A DNA stretch of 64,000 nt from a virus, in IMG/VR virus record IMGVR_UViG_3300020404_001578, positions 64,001 to 128,000 of that record; one strand, given 5' to 3'. Positions 9,489 through 19,281 of the stretch are shown in pieces (position 1 is the stretch's first letter; the number at the start of each line of letters is the position of its first letter). The translations under genes were made by a program, and so were the position numbers. Under the pieces are notes generated by a model. That model was not told the DNA's origin. It saw only the letters and a program-made list of their open reading frames with translations, and ran no database searches.

Positions 9489-10103
9489 CTATACTGCCAT
9501 CCAATACAACTTCTGGTCTGTAGAAGCATATAGGTAAATGTTGCTTGCTCGGTTGATTTCAATAAACAATGATTCGCCCGGGTCTAAAGCAAATCCGAAT
9601 GGTGTGTCTGCGCCAAAATCAAATCCTACCGTATTGGTCTTGTCCAAAGTGGTTGCCATAAGATTACCCAATGGCCGATGTAAAGCGTTGGCAGTTGTAC
9701 CTTCCTTGATGATTGGTCCCGTCATACGATTACCGATGAAGATTTCTCCAGTATTGGTAAATGCTGACTTTAGTAAGAATCCCCTGTGTGCTACAATGTC
9801 TTCCTCTACTTCACGAAGCAGTAGTTTCCTATCATGTGTAGGGTAGTTTGTCGCAGTTTCTAGTAGATTGAGTACACCGGCTCGTACGTAATCATAGAGG
9901 GATGGTGCAGGTGATGCCAATACTATTTCAAGAGGCATGAAAGGTCCTTCGTATGCGAATTCATTTCTACCTGTATCTGTTGTTTCTAATCTTGCAGTTG
10001 GTGAGTCTGGGTTACTTACACCACGAATGGGTAATACTGCACCACCTGTTTGGTCTGTATGTACATGAGGAACCACTGGAGGAACACTTTCATCCTTAGC
10101 CAT
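9489..10103 (-). CDS. Beta-sandwich minor virion protein candidate
   Basis: C-terminal FLLKSAFTNTGEIFIG...GFALDPGESLFIEI pattern; first gene of the fibre operon. Confidence 0.55.
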   Translation of the reverse strand: MAKDESVPPVVPHVHTDQTGGAVLPIRGVSNPDSPTARLETTDTGRNEFAYEGPFMPLEIVLASPAPSLYDYVRAGVLNLLETATNYPTHDRKLLLREVEEDIVAHRGFLLKSAFTNTGEIFIGNRMTGPIIKEGTTANALHRPLGNLMATTLDKTNTVGFDFGADTPFGFALDPGESLFIEINRASNIYLYASTDQKLYWMAV

Positions 10104-10156
10104 GTTCACTGCGATACATTGGTTGGTAAAAGTCCTTCCGCTTGTAAACTTGCATT

Positions 10157-10176
10157 TTCTTTATGGCCTACTTGTA
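10157..10176 (+). promoter_or_regulatory. Class I promoter element TTCTTTATGGCCTACTTGTA
   Basis: Ends 14 nt before ATG 10191; near-identical to 4869-4888. Confidence 0.7.
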
Positions 10177-10190
10177 TTCTCGGCTGTTAT

Positions 10191-10661
10191 ATGAAGGTCG
10201 TTAAGCGTGAAGGTGTCAATGCTCCTTACGGTAAATGTGTGGAGTGTGGAACGGGTACTCGGTCCCATGTTTTGGAATATCCAGACTATGAAGAATACGA
10301 AGAACAAGTATTCCGTGACCTTGAAGAGTATCAAGCAGCAAAGAAGGGTGAAGAACCTGAAGAGGACGCTGAATATATTATCAAATATCGTAGGCTAAGT
10401 GAGCCTGAAGTTATGTGCCATAAGTGTTGGGTTATACAACGTGAGAAGGCAATTAAGTTCCTAAACAAACACAAAGACAACTGGTCGGCTGACCTCGCTA
10501 CTCACATGACAAAGGTTCGCAGGTTCCTAAAAGATTGGATATACTTTGATTTCTCCGGTCTACAACAAAGGTACGTGCCTCCTATGCAAGAGGAAGACCT
10601 TGTCGTGCAGGACCTTAGAAAGCAGGTAAAGTCTTTCCTTATTGGAAGTGAAGAAGAATGA
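10191..10661 (+). CDS. Zn-binding hypothetical protein
   Basis: CVEC...CHKC pairs; start moved to ATG 10191 by promoter spacing. Confidence 0.7.
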   Translation: MKVVKREGVNAPYGKCVECGTGTRSHVLEYPDYEEYEEQVFRDLEEYQAAKKGEEPEEDAEYIIKYRRLSEPEVMCHKCWVIQREKAIKFLNKHKDNWSADLATHMTKVRRFLKDWIYFDFSGLQQRYVPPMQEEDLVVQDLRKQVKSFLIGSEEE

Positions 10662-10885
10662 GCGATGGTACCGTAATGGCCGTAATAGATGAGTTTACTG
10701 AGAGATTAAAAGAAGTGGGAGCAACTGAATTTGTTATGGCCGTAGGTGGAGATGGTGCCTCCGGTTTCAGATTCTTTGGTAATTACAGACAATGTGGTTT
10801 CTTAGCATTACAAGCCCTGTGGGAAGTAATGCAATGGCAAATGCAAAACTCGGTAGTAGATGGTGAAGTTAATGGCCCACGATGA
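10658..10885 (+). CDS. Small hypothetical protein
   Basis: 75 aa, ATGA overlap with the previous gene. Confidence 0.65.
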   Translation: MSDGTVMAVIDEFTERLKEVGATEFVMAVGGDGASGFRFFGNYRQCGFLALQALWEVMQWQMQNSVVDGEVNGPR

Positions 10886-11507
10886 ACGTATTAGAGATAG
10901 TGAATGGGACAAGAATATTGAATGTCCTATTTGTAAAGACATTGCTCAAGGTAAGATTGACTTAGAAGGTCGGCAACTGTTTGAGGACGAATCTGAAACT
11001 AAGCCATTCTTTTGTGTCGCCTGTGGCGGTACGGATATTCGTGAGTTTCACGAAATTGGAGGTGTTGAGAGTCAAGCATCCTCACTTAGAGGTGATACTC
11101 AACCTTGGACTCACCTCATCAAAGTTAAGTGTATGACGTGTGAGTGGCAACACGTAGCAGGAAATCTCCCATGCCTAGGCAATCCATGGAATGAAACCCA
11201 TGGTTACAAACGGCCTAAAGACATGACTGACCTGCAAAAGCACGCTGTAATGTGGTCAAATGAACAAGCCGTAGGACTCCGTGGAGCCCATGAGCAATAC
11301 GACCCAAATGCAGAACTTCAATCGAAAACTTATAGGTCTAGACGAAAAGTGGTATGGGATGAGGACGAGGGCGAGAACCGAACCATCACGTGGGAACCCA
11401 CCGAAGAGGAACAGCAATTACCCAAATTCAGAAAAAAGAAAAACACAAAGGACGTGAAAAAGAATGGCAAAAGAAAGCAAACTAGTGACACTGCAAGTGA
11501 AGATTAA
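10872..11507 (+). CDS. Zn-ribbon protein
   Basis: CPIC, CVAC and CMTC motifs; basic C-terminus; GGTGA RBS before MAHDE. Confidence 0.7.
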   Translation: MAHDERIRDSEWDKNIECPICKDIAQGKIDLEGRQLFEDESETKPFFCVACGGTDIREFHEIGGVESQASSLRGDTQPWTHLIKVKCMTCEWQHVAGNLPCLGNPWNETHGYKRPKDMTDLQKHAVMWSNEQAVGLRGAHEQYDPNAELQSKTYRSRRKVVWDEDEGENRTITWEPTEEEQQLPKFRKKKNTKDVKKNGKRKQTSDTASED

Positions 11508-11643
11508 CGGAACAGACGATATTCTTGTTAAAGAAGTACCAGAACATAGCCTTGAGGCTGAATATCAAGCCCTCAAGTTGAAGGCTGATTCTATGGGTGC
11601 TTCTGTAGAAGTTCCAGACCTTGCTCCAATCACTGTTGAGTGA
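11464..11643 (+). CDS. Small hypothetical protein (59 aa)
   Basis: Not in the ORF track: MAKESKLVTLQVKINGTDD...APITVE*. Confidence 0.55.
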   Translation: MAKESKLVTLQVKINGTDDILVKEVPEHSLEAEYQALKLKADSMGASVEVPDLAPITVE

Positions 11644-12055
11644 AGTCTTGGATTAGATAGTATCCAATAGCACCAGTAAGAGCGTATCTAATGGCCGTAA
11701 GGCTAGATATCGCCTTAACTTGCTTGAGGGTCTTCTTACCTAAGGTATTGATGCGTTTACTCGCAGCGTTAGCATAAACAATGCTACCAAGTAGAACAAC
11801 ACCGCCTATTGCAAACCTGTTTGCCATAGTAGGTGAAAGAGTAGTACCTAAATTTGGTACATTGCCAAAGAATACTCCTTCTCCGTTCCTTACTGGTCCT
11901 ATACCATTCCTGCGTTTACTTAATGGCGCAGCCCCTTTCTCATACTTAGGGTGAAAGGCTTTGAATGCAAAGTCTTGGAACCCATCAACCATCATTTGAC
12001 GGTCTTGTACCTGTGGGTGGTGTCTAGGAATCTTCTGAGCGTAAGGATGGTTCAT
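11630..12055 (-). CDS. Small virion membrane protein with NLG motif
   Basis: VPNLG followed by two hydrophobic helices. Confidence 0.7.
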   Translation of the reverse strand: MNHPYAQKIPRHHPQVQDRQMMVDGFQDFAFKAFHPKYEKGAAPLSKRRNGIGPVRNGEGVFFGNVPNLGTTLSPTMANRFAIGGVVLLGSIVYANAASKRINTLGKKTLKQVKAISSLTAIRYALTGAIGYYLIQDFTQQ

Positions 12056-12225
12056 TGTAAGCCCTCCTGTGCTATCAGTGCTATGTTTGCTATGGAATAA
12101 CCAATAAACATGGAACCTAATGCATTCCTACTTCCTTTGAAATGGTAGAATGCGGTTCCTAGATTAATGGCTGTAACTAATGCCGTTAATCTTTGAGAGC
12201 CAGACCATTGACTTAGGGGCTTCAC
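12052..12225 (-). CDS. Small membrane protein (57 aa)
   Basis: Not in the ORF track. GTG start, MKPLSQWSGSQRLTALVTAINLG...; overlaps both neighbours by 4 nt. Confidence 0.6.
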   Translation of the reverse strand: MKPLSQWSGSQRLTALVTAINLGTAFYHFKGSRNALGSMFIGYSIANIALIAQEGLQ

Positions 12226-12821
12226 TCAGTCCACCCCATACTGCCTTCAGGTGACATACCTCCAAGGCCGTACAGGTTTCCTACAGCATCATAGTTTGAC
12301 ATTGCTACGTTGTCTTCGTAGTCAAGTGCTACATTGCCATAACTACCGAGAGGTCCGGTTCCTCTTTGGCGTTGGGAAATTCTTCTACGCATGGCAGGAG
12401 GTAAGTTAGCAGAACCTAAGTTAGATGCCCCTAGAACATGGGGGTTAATGCCGAAAAAGTCGGAATGTGATACACTACGGGGTGGCATTACATCTTGAGT
12501 CAATGGTCTGTCCATCATAGCGTGAGATGAACTAGTTGATGTTGTAGTGGAAGTGCTTGCACCTAATTGACTAATTCTTTGGGCTTGGGATTTATGCATC
12601 TTAGATGCGCCATACAATTCTTTCTCTACTGTGCTAAGGACTTCTTTCTGTTTCTTAGTCAGGTGTCCAATACCAGAGAATGGGCCTTCTCCTTTTGGTG
12701 CCTTAACTGCGTTGATTGTTTCATAAATAGTGAATGCACCTGCTACTGTAAATGCAATACTAAGGAATGGATGGTAATCAAAAAATTTGCTTATTTCTTT
12801 TCTTGTTGGTAGTATGCCCAT
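12222..12821 (-). CDS. Membrane-anchored protein with multiple LG motifs
   Basis: N-terminal TM; SQLG, HVLG, SNLG, GPLG and YGLG motifs. Confidence 0.7.
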   Translation of the reverse strand: MGILPTRKEISKFFDYHPFLSIAFTVAGAFTIYETINAVKAPKGEGPFSGIGHLTKKQKEVLSTVEKELYGASKMHKSQAQRISQLGASTSTTTSTSSSHAMMDRPLTQDVMPPRSVSHSDFFGINPHVLGASNLGSANLPPAMRRRISQRQRGTGPLGSYGNVALDYEDNVAMSNYDAVGNLYGLGGMSPEGSMGWTE

Positions 12822-12825
12822 AGTA

Positions 12826-13005
12826 TCACCCTCTTTTCATGTATCTGTAGATGCTATACAATAACAGGCCTCCACCTGCAATCATTAGCACTGGTTTGCT
12901 AATGTTGTTGATTACGGCCATGGTGTTCATACCCATAGGATTCTGTCGGTGTTGTAGCCCCTGTAAAGGTTGGAACACCTGTCCTGTGGTACCACTCATT
13001 GCCAT
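12826..13005 (-). CDS. Small membrane protein (59 aa)
   Basis: Not in the ORF track: MAMSGTTGQ...VLMIAGGGLLLYSIYRYMKRG*. Confidence 0.6.
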   Translation of the reverse strand: MAMSGTTGQVFQPLQGLQHRQNPMGMNTMAVINNISKPVLMIAGGGLLLYSIYRYMKRG

Positions 13006-13208
13006 TAGGAAATCACCCCTTCTTTCAACAATCCTTTGTAGAGTAAGATAAGACCTGCTCCCAAGGTTGGAAAGCCAACTGCATACTGTGTAGGTGCATT
13101 CATTAGTTTAAGTCCGGCAGAAGATAGTCCAATGCCTGCAACTACGCTTACGGTGCCACTAGGAATCTGTTCCTTAGAGATAACACCATAGCCAACCATG
13201 CACCTCAC
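13005..13208 (-). CDS. Small membrane protein
   Basis: Two hydrophobic segments. Confidence 0.6.
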   Translation of the reverse strand: MRCMVGYGVISKEQIPSGTVSVVAGIGLSSAGLKLMNAPTQYAVGFPTLGAGLILLYKGLLKEGVIS

Positions 13209-13468
13209 TCCATAAGTAGTGCAATACCACTAGCAATACCAACAACACCCAACAATTGTAGAGGGGATGGATTGTATTTGCCTACTAGTGGGATTGCATC
13301 AGGTAGTAAGTCAAACTCGCTACCGAATCTGTTTGTAGGTGGTCCTGCGTATTCTTTTGTACCGTAGTTGAATTGATGTAGTCCCATAAGTAATAGAACG
13401 CCACCTGCTAACTTAGGGTTTGCTAATGTTCTCAACATTCTTTTCACTGTCCTCTTTGGTAGAGCCAA
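13205..13468 (-). CDS. Small membrane protein
   Basis: 87 aa with 2 hydrophobic segments. Confidence 0.65.
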   Translation of the reverse strand: MALPKRTVKRMLRTLANPKLAGGVLLLMGLHQFNYGTKEYAGPPTNRFGSEFDLLPDAIPLVGKYNPSPLQLLGVVGIASGIALLME

Positions 13469-13698
13469 AGTCCTCCGGCACCTGAGCCAAATAGTGCGCC
13501 TCCGATTAGTCCTCCTACGATAATCGGGGCCAGATTACGCCTAACTACTGCGGCAGGCGACTCCGCAGTACCTTTGAGGGCGTTGAAGATGAATGGGCCT
13601 AGTAGAGCCCCTGCTAAGACACCAGAGGATGTGATACCACTCATGGTGTACTTATTCATTTGAGGCATACCTAGTTGTGATGGATGCATAGTTCTCAT
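13444..13698 (-). CDS. Small membrane protein with SQLG leader
   Basis: 84 aa with 2 Gly-rich TM helices. Confidence 0.65.
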   Translation of the reverse strand: MRTMHPSQLGMPQMNKYTMSGITSSGVLAGALLGPFIFNALKGTAESPAAVVRRNLAPIIVGGLIGGALFGSGAGGLWLYQRGQ

Positions 13699-14315
13699 AG
13701 TCTATTCACCCCGCTAATACCTGCAAATAATCCAGAGCCGACCATTTCTAGTAAGCGTTGGTCTGGTACTTGAGAGGCTAATGCTCCGGGATGTGTCTTA
13801 CCGTATACCTTTTTGTCAAGGAATCCTGTTTCTTGGTTAGCAGGATTGTACGGGTCAAAGCCCGGACGAGACAAATTACGGGTGTCACGGTACAATGAAG
13901 CAGCAGGGTTTCCTCTTGGGTCATACTCACCGTTTAGGTGGGAAGTGTCCCTGTAGAATTCTCCCTTTGCAATTCCACTGTTAGGTTCGGCACCAATCGT
14001 ACGTTTCCCTGCGGTCAAAGTACCAAAGAGGTCGTATCCCGAGTTTGCGCCGTGGTGGAATCCAGTTCCTTGCGGTTGAGTCATCATGTGTTCTTCTGCC
14101 GGGTCCATAACTGCTAAAGCACCGAGTCTGTAATCTCCGTGTCTTGCTTGTCTATAGCCACCTTGTAGTACTTTAGCAAACAAATCAATGGCTAATGGTA
14201 TAGCGAAGAACCCAACAATCGGATTACGATGTGCGAAGTCAAGAAGTCCGTTCTTGAACATCTTTCTTGGTATGTATCGTTCGCCTTCTGTAATACCGAA
14301 TGCCACTTCTTTCAC
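13695..14315 (-). CDS. Membrane-associated hypothetical virion protein
   Basis: One TM; YRLG and DLFG motifs; internal YRDT repeat. Confidence 0.6.
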   Translation of the reverse strand: MKEVAFGITEGERYIPRKMFKNGLLDFAHRNPIVGFFAIPLAIDLFAKVLQGGYRQARHGDYRLGALAVMDPAEEHMMTQPQGTGFHHGANSGYDLFGTLTAGKRTIGAEPNSGIAKGEFYRDTSHLNGEYDPRGNPAASLYRDTRNLSRPGFDPYNPANQETGFLDKKVYGKTHPGALASQVPDQRLLEMVGSGLFAGISGVNRL

Positions 14316-16342
14316 CCCTCGTACGATACCCGCTTGTTACGCTTCACTTCTACTGACTTTATCAACACTTTGGGATTATTGTCCGCTTGTGATGTTACTA
14401 TACCCCAAGTGTTACTGTCACTTGCAGGGGATAGTCCACGTGAATTAGTTACTCCTGTAAATTGGTTATTGTTTACATTTGCAAATCTTCCTGTTGATTC
14501 CTTAAATGTGCCGTAATCTGCTGCACCAACACTGGCACCGTTTAGATAATGATTATCGCTCTCATCATCAAATATCAATCCAAAGTCTATGGGTGATTCT
14601 GTTACTCCCGGTTCAAAGGTAAAGGTGTATACCCATGGTGTATGAGGTACATGGTATACTTCATATGTTCCAGTGCCAGTAAATGCGTGCCTTGGAACCA
14701 GAAGTCTATCATTGTAAAACTCAACATCCTTGGTTACAGATGTTGGTATTGATTCGGTTAATGTAACGGTTGTGGTTGTACGTGATTGTACTCTGGCGTC
14801 AAAACTCTGTAGGTCTGGGTGTTTTACCATCATTCCTATTTCAATTCCAAGATTTGCTGGGTCGTCAGTAAATCCATTAAGTACAGTGTTGCTATTACTA
14901 GTACATGGTATTGTTAGTTTTGATTGGTTCAATGTGATTGTTGCTCCTACTTCACCAACTTCCACCCCGTCTAATGTGGCAGTTTCATGTCCAGTAAAGT
15001 GTGGTATGATAATGACTCCATTATCGCTAATGGTGCCACCACTTGTTGAGGTTCCTTCTGGGTATACGCCTACTCCAAAGTACGTGTCTTCTGTAGCAAA
15101 TTTGTTTACATCGTCTGGGTCTAAAAATTTACCAAATCCTTTGACTCCATCTATGTTGGTACTCATTGCAGCATTGCAAATGGGAGGTAGAGTTTTAGTT
15201 ACTGATTTAACGACACCGGGGAAGTAGATAGTACCTCCACGACGGATAAATATGCGCTTGCCGATAATACTTTCAGCCGCAGGTAATGTTGAGCCATTTA
15301 ATGCGGTACCGCCAGTAAATGGTGTGTATGTACTTGTACCCGGCCAAGTATCTCCAAATGGTCCTGCTGCCATAAGGTCAGTCTTACGTACTGTTTCAAG
15401 TCCATACCATGGTACTGCTGCAAAACCAAACGGTACATTACTAAGTGCATTAAAGCCTAGATTTGCTGACTGTGGCCCAATCTCTACGGTCATTTGTGAC
15501 GGGGAAGTACTGCTGCCCGGGAACTGTTCAGGTTCGTCAAGCACTCTTACTCTATAGAGCATCAATGAATTCAAAGAAATAGTCTGTTCAAAGTTATTGA
15601 GTAAATTTATTGATGTTGATGTTTCACAAATGGCTTCGGCAGATACGTCACGGGTGAATGTTGGTTTACCTGCTAATCCTTCGTATGGATGGTCTGAACC
15701 TAACTCAATTGCGTCATTCATAATTGCAGACTCATTAAATACGCTGTTAGAAGCATAGCCACTTACTCCTACAGGTTTTGTCATTGCTCTAGCAATTTGG
15801 CTTAGTGATAGTGACTTGAAAGCAGGGTGGCTGAATGTTCCTCCTGCCATATGCGAAGGCACTGCCGGTGTTGGTAGATTACCTGCACTAGTATAGTCTA
15901 GACCCATACCAAATACTGTGGTACTTGGTTTGATACTGTTTCTAATAACTAAACGAATTCTTTTGTTGTAGTCTTCTGGTTGGTCTGGTTTGTATTCCAT
16001 TGTATACCCTTTAGACGAACTTTGTCCGTCTAATACTTTGAATGAGCGATTGGTGTTGTCTGAATTACCATTGTAGATAATTTCTGCAGCACATTGGCCA
16101 TTAGGGTCTTTATTGCGGTATTCATCAATCTGTAGTAAGACCTGAACATATGGGTTGTCAGTTGTTACTTTGACTGATTGAAGTGAACCTGCTTCTAACT
16201 CATCAAGTACGATGTATTCGTCTTGAGAGTTAATCTCAAGGTTCTTCTGTTCAATTAGAATGAACCGCTCGTCCCTACGGGTCTTGCTATACGCCTTAGT
16301 ATCAGGTATTGTTCCTACTACTTGGGTTGTATCGTCTGCCAT
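14312..16342 (-). CDS. Large beta-rich virion protein (vertex/spike candidate)
   Basis: 676 aa, T/S/G-rich, located in the structural operon. Confidence 0.55.
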   Translation of the reverse strand: MADDTTQVVGTIPDTKAYSKTRRDERFILIEQKNLEINSQDEYIVLDELEAGSLQSVKVTTDNPYVQVLLQIDEYRNKDPNGQCAAEIIYNGNSDNTNRSFKVLDGQSSSKGYTMEYKPDQPEDYNKRIRLVIRNSIKPSTTVFGMGLDYTSAGNLPTPAVPSHMAGGTFSHPAFKSLSLSQIARAMTKPVGVSGYASNSVFNESAIMNDAIELGSDHPYEGLAGKPTFTRDVSAEAICETSTSINLLNNFEQTISLNSLMLYRVRVLDEPEQFPGSSTSPSQMTVEIGPQSANLGFNALSNVPFGFAAVPWYGLETVRKTDLMAAGPFGDTWPGTSTYTPFTGGTALNGSTLPAAESIIGKRIFIRRGGTIYFPGVVKSVTKTLPPICNAAMSTNIDGVKGFGKFLDPDDVNKFATEDTYFGVGVYPEGTSTSGGTISDNGVIIIPHFTGHETATLDGVEVGEVGATITLNQSKLTIPCTSNSNTVLNGFTDDPANLGIEIGMMVKHPDLQSFDARVQSRTTTTVTLTESIPTSVTKDVEFYNDRLLVPRHAFTGTGTYEVYHVPHTPWVYTFTFEPGVTESPIDFGLIFDDESDNHYLNGASVGAADYGTFKESTGRFANVNNNQFTGVTNSRGLSPASDSNTWGIVTSQADNNPKVLIKSVEVKRNKRVSYEG

Positions 16343-16362
16343 TCACCTTCACCACCTTACAA

Positions 16363-17361
16363 TCACTGAGGGAAGTATTCACTCAGCATTGTACCGGCGG
16401 TTGGGAGCCCTGCAGGGTTGATTACCTTGAAAGTCAAACGACCGCCACTACGCTCACGGATTGTACGAAGTTGTCCCATGGTCAATTCCACGATACGGTA
16501 CTTCCATCCTTGTAGGCGCATACGTCCATCAAGGATGTATTCTTCGCTATCGTTTACCATACGGAAAGCAGGGAGGTTGTTCTCTCCATGCTCTATCCAT
16601 ACCGAGTAAGACCAGTCTGGGTCTTCTACTGGGCTGATTTGTCCGTCAATAAAGCCAGACAACCCTAGTATGTTACCGCTAGTAGTACTGCCAGATTCAC
16701 CCTCAGGTGATTCATCAAGTACGTATTTGGGTACACCGGCAGGGTGTTTGAGGTAAATTTTTGTTGATACTGTACCGATTGGGTCTACGCCTGCAGCAGG
16801 TCCGGAAGAACTTCCTCCACCTGTTGTTATTGCGCCGGGGAATCCTACTGGGATACCTGCGGTGACTGATGCACTTGGTAGAACACCGTCACGGCTCAAT
16901 GCGTTTCCTTCTTGCGAAATATATTTCGGCTGACATGGTAGTGAAGGACATAGGTGATACAAATGACCCTTGAAAGGTTCTAGGTCTTTGAATACTGTAT
17001 ATCCACTATCATAGTCTGGTGAAATAACTGTGGTTCGGACTGGGTTGCCAGAGGTGTCTGTTCCGATTCCTAGAAGTGCATTCATGGTGTGTTCACCATA
17101 TGCTGCCAGTTTATCGGATTCGTCGTTTGCTGCATTATTTAGTCCTAATCCTACACCATCGCCAGTTACTGTGATAGAGTCATTGAAGTAAAGGTCTACG
17201 CTTAGACCTTCTACTGCCTCTACCAAAGCAAATCGGTCACGAATCTTAATGATGTAACCGGGCTTTAGTACAATGTCGTTCCAATCATTGCCGGCGAAGC
17301 CTTCGCCTGCAATCCTACCGAATAGGTTTCCTGCTCTTGTTCCTTGATTTATGTTTGCCAT
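16363..17361 (-). CDS. Capsid protein candidate
   Basis: 332 aa, beta-strand-rich; strong GGAGTG RBS; fold not confirmed. Confidence 0.45.
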   Translation of the reverse strand: MANINQGTRAGNLFGRIAGEGFAGNDWNDIVLKPGYIIKIRDRFALVEAVEGLSVDLYFNDSITVTGDGVGLGLNNAANDESDKLAAYGEHTMNALLGIGTDTSGNPVRTTVISPDYDSGYTVFKDLEPFKGHLYHLCPSLPCQPKYISQEGNALSRDGVLPSASVTAGIPVGFPGAITTGGGSSSGPAAGVDPIGTVSTKIYLKHPAGVPKYVLDESPEGESGSTTSGNILGLSGFIDGQISPVEDPDWSYSVWIEHGENNLPAFRMVNDSEEYILDGRMRLQGWKYRIVELTMGQLRTIRERSGGRLTFKVINPAGLPTAGTMLSEYFPQ

Positions 17362-17404
17362 ATCTTTGTCACTCCTTTTTCTTTCTGTCGGGGACGTTCT
17401 GTCG

Positions 17405-17518
17405 CAGGTAGTGGTCAGTATTAACTATACCTATCCTCTATTTGATGGGGGCGACAGACAAGGCTTCCGCTATGCCTATCGCCCCCATAGAGGGGGAAGT
17501 GCCTACTAACCGCTACTG
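17405..17518 (-). other. Long intergenic RNA hairpin
   Basis: Outer arms 17405-17420 / 17504-17518 and inner arms 17435-17460 / 17473-17493 are complementary, allowing G:U pairs and bulges. Confidence 0.65.
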
Positions 17519-17524
17519 CTAGGC

Positions 17525-18439
17525 TCAGAGAACCTTTGCAATACAGACTGTGCTTACTGCGCCCATGGCTGCACCAAGGGTGCCTCCATCTTCATCAACA
17601 GAAACAATCATTGTTTCGTAGTTCCATACTCCAGTACCACCTGCTTGGCCTAGGCCATTGTTTGCATGAAGTGCAGTGTTAGAAGCAATGGTTGCTTCGC
17701 TTGGGTCTACTGCAGTTAATCCTTGGATAAGGTTGTCCACAGGTGCTTTTAGGTTCAACAATCCGACTTGAGCCTCAGGTACCCCTGCGGTTCCAATGTC
17801 TGCTGTAGAATCTACTGCACTAAGACAAGTAGCCAATGCTGCGCTGTAAACACCTTCTGATGAACCTCCACCTAGAGTGATTTCACCAATCAATGCTGCG
17901 TCAGTACTGGCACCAGAAGCCTCTGTACCGAGTGGAGTCTCTTGACCTACGTTGAATGCCGAAGCAGTACCACTGTTTGCTACAGTTGCGCCCATGATAA
18001 CTGCACCGACGTTCAAGACTGCGTCAAGAACAAGGTTACCGCCAACATGGGTTTCGCCTGCAGTGTCTGAAACTTGTGTGTTCAATGCAGTTGTTCCGAG
18101 AAGTGCTTCACCAGTGTAAGAACCAGTGATTGGTACTTGTCGGTAATCACGAACCAATGGTCCGTTTGCTACGAGTGTAGAGTCAGCAGTGCCGTTACCA
18201 GTTGTATCTACTTGGAAATCGCCTGCAACACCCAAGGTGTGAGTGTTTGCAGCACTAATTGCAACCAGATAGTCTGGTTTGAGGATAGTGTGTCCAAGTC
18301 CTTGTTGTAGTGCATCAAAGACAGCGTTACCTTGTGCTTTGGTCATTGCGCTGTCTTTTGTTAGTGCTACGAAGGTGTTGTTACGTACAATCTGGTGTCG
18401 GGCTCCGTATGAAACATCAAGTCCGCCAATATTTGCCAT
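17525..18439 (-). CDS. Ala/Gly/Thr-rich virion protein (capsid or decoration candidate)
   Basis: 304 aa; AGGAG RBS; followed by a stable hairpin. Confidence 0.55.
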   Translation of the reverse strand: MANIGGLDVSYGARHQIVRNNTFVALTKDSAMTKAQGNAVFDALQQGLGHTILKPDYLVAISAANTHTLGVAGDFQVDTTGNGTADSTLVANGPLVRDYRQVPITGSYTGEALLGTTALNTQVSDTAGETHVGGNLVLDAVLNVGAVIMGATVANSGTASAFNVGQETPLGTEASGASTDAALIGEITLGGGSSEGVYSAALATCLSAVDSTADIGTAGVPEAQVGLLNLKAPVDNLIQGLTAVDPSEATIASNTALHANNGLGQAGGTGVWNYETMIVSVDEDGGTLGAAMGAVSTVCIAKVL

Positions 18440-18477
18440 ACTTAATCATCTCCTATACTGATAAGCCCCTAAGGGTA

Positions 18478-19092
18478 TCAGGACAACTCCCCGATACTCT
18501 GTCTTTGCTGAATCAATTCATGGTGTTGCCCGACTACGCTACCGATGATACGCCACTTTTCTGCGCCGCTAACGGTACCGTTACCGAATGATGCTGCACC
18601 ACCGACTACACGGTGAGAGCAGACTACGGTCTTCTCTGGCTCAATGACTATTGGTTCTTCATACCATACGAATGGTTCTTCCAATACTTCAAAGATTTGT
18701 TGGTCAATTACTGGTGTTTCAATACCGCTAATTCTCCACTGATGCTCTGTGATAAGTAGAGGCGTTACTGGATATTGAATTCCCATCAAGAGGTAATAGA
18801 ATTCCTCTAGGGTCTTGAAGTCCAGTGTACGTTGTGACCATCCGAAAGTGTCTACGGTAGTACTGTTAGGGTTACCGCTACTTCCACTGGATGGTATCAA
18901 CCACTGTCCGTATGTGCCTAGAATACTGAATTGGTCTGCACGTAGTACACCTTTTCCGTATTCGCCTTTTGGCCATACGCCTTTGTTCTCATATCCCCAA
19001 TGAGGATAGTTTGCTTTAATCTTGGTATCAATACGGGCAAGGTAGTCCGCAAGGATAGCCGTTGGTCTGTCGTAATATGGTCTTAATTCCAT
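18478..19092 (-). CDS. Major capsid protein candidate (possible single jelly roll)
   Basis: About 204 aa from MELRPY with AGGAG RBS; first gene of the structural operon; beta-strand pattern; fold is inference. Confidence 0.45.
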   Translation of the reverse strand: MELRPYYDRPTAILADYLARIDTKIKANYPHWGYENKGVWPKGEYGKGVLRADQFSILGTYGQWLIPSSGSSGNPNSTTVDTFGWSQRTLDFKTLEEFYYLLMGIQYPVTPLLITEHQWRISGIETPVIDQQIFEVLEEPFVWYEEPIVIEPEKTVVCSHRVVGGAASFGNGTVSGAEKWRIIGSVVGQHHELIQQRQSIGELS

Positions 19093-19168
19093 GTTTATTT
19101 CTCCTGTTTGTTTTTTCTTCGCCGGTACTGTTTCGGTTCCCGACTTATTCTTCCCCAATAATCACTAG

Positions 19169-19229
19169 TATATCAAGTACCGCATTCATTTGTCTTACTT
19201 TGTCATACATACGTATACTTATGTCATAC
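19169..19229. promoter_or_regulatory. Divergent promoter region: ACTTGATATA box (minus strand) plus three TGTC(A/T)TAC direct repeats
   Basis: TGTCTTAC 19191, TGTCATAC 19201 and TGTCATAC 19222; tatatcaagt at 19169-19178. Confidence 0.55.
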
Positions 19230-19281
19230 ATATTGGCTGTTTCCGCTAAACTTCATAACCGAGTTGAAATGTGGATAGTTC

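Noticed and set aside
17362-17524. tRNA in the structured intergenic region
   Set aside because: Folds as a long nested hairpin; no cloverleaf or T-loop consensus.
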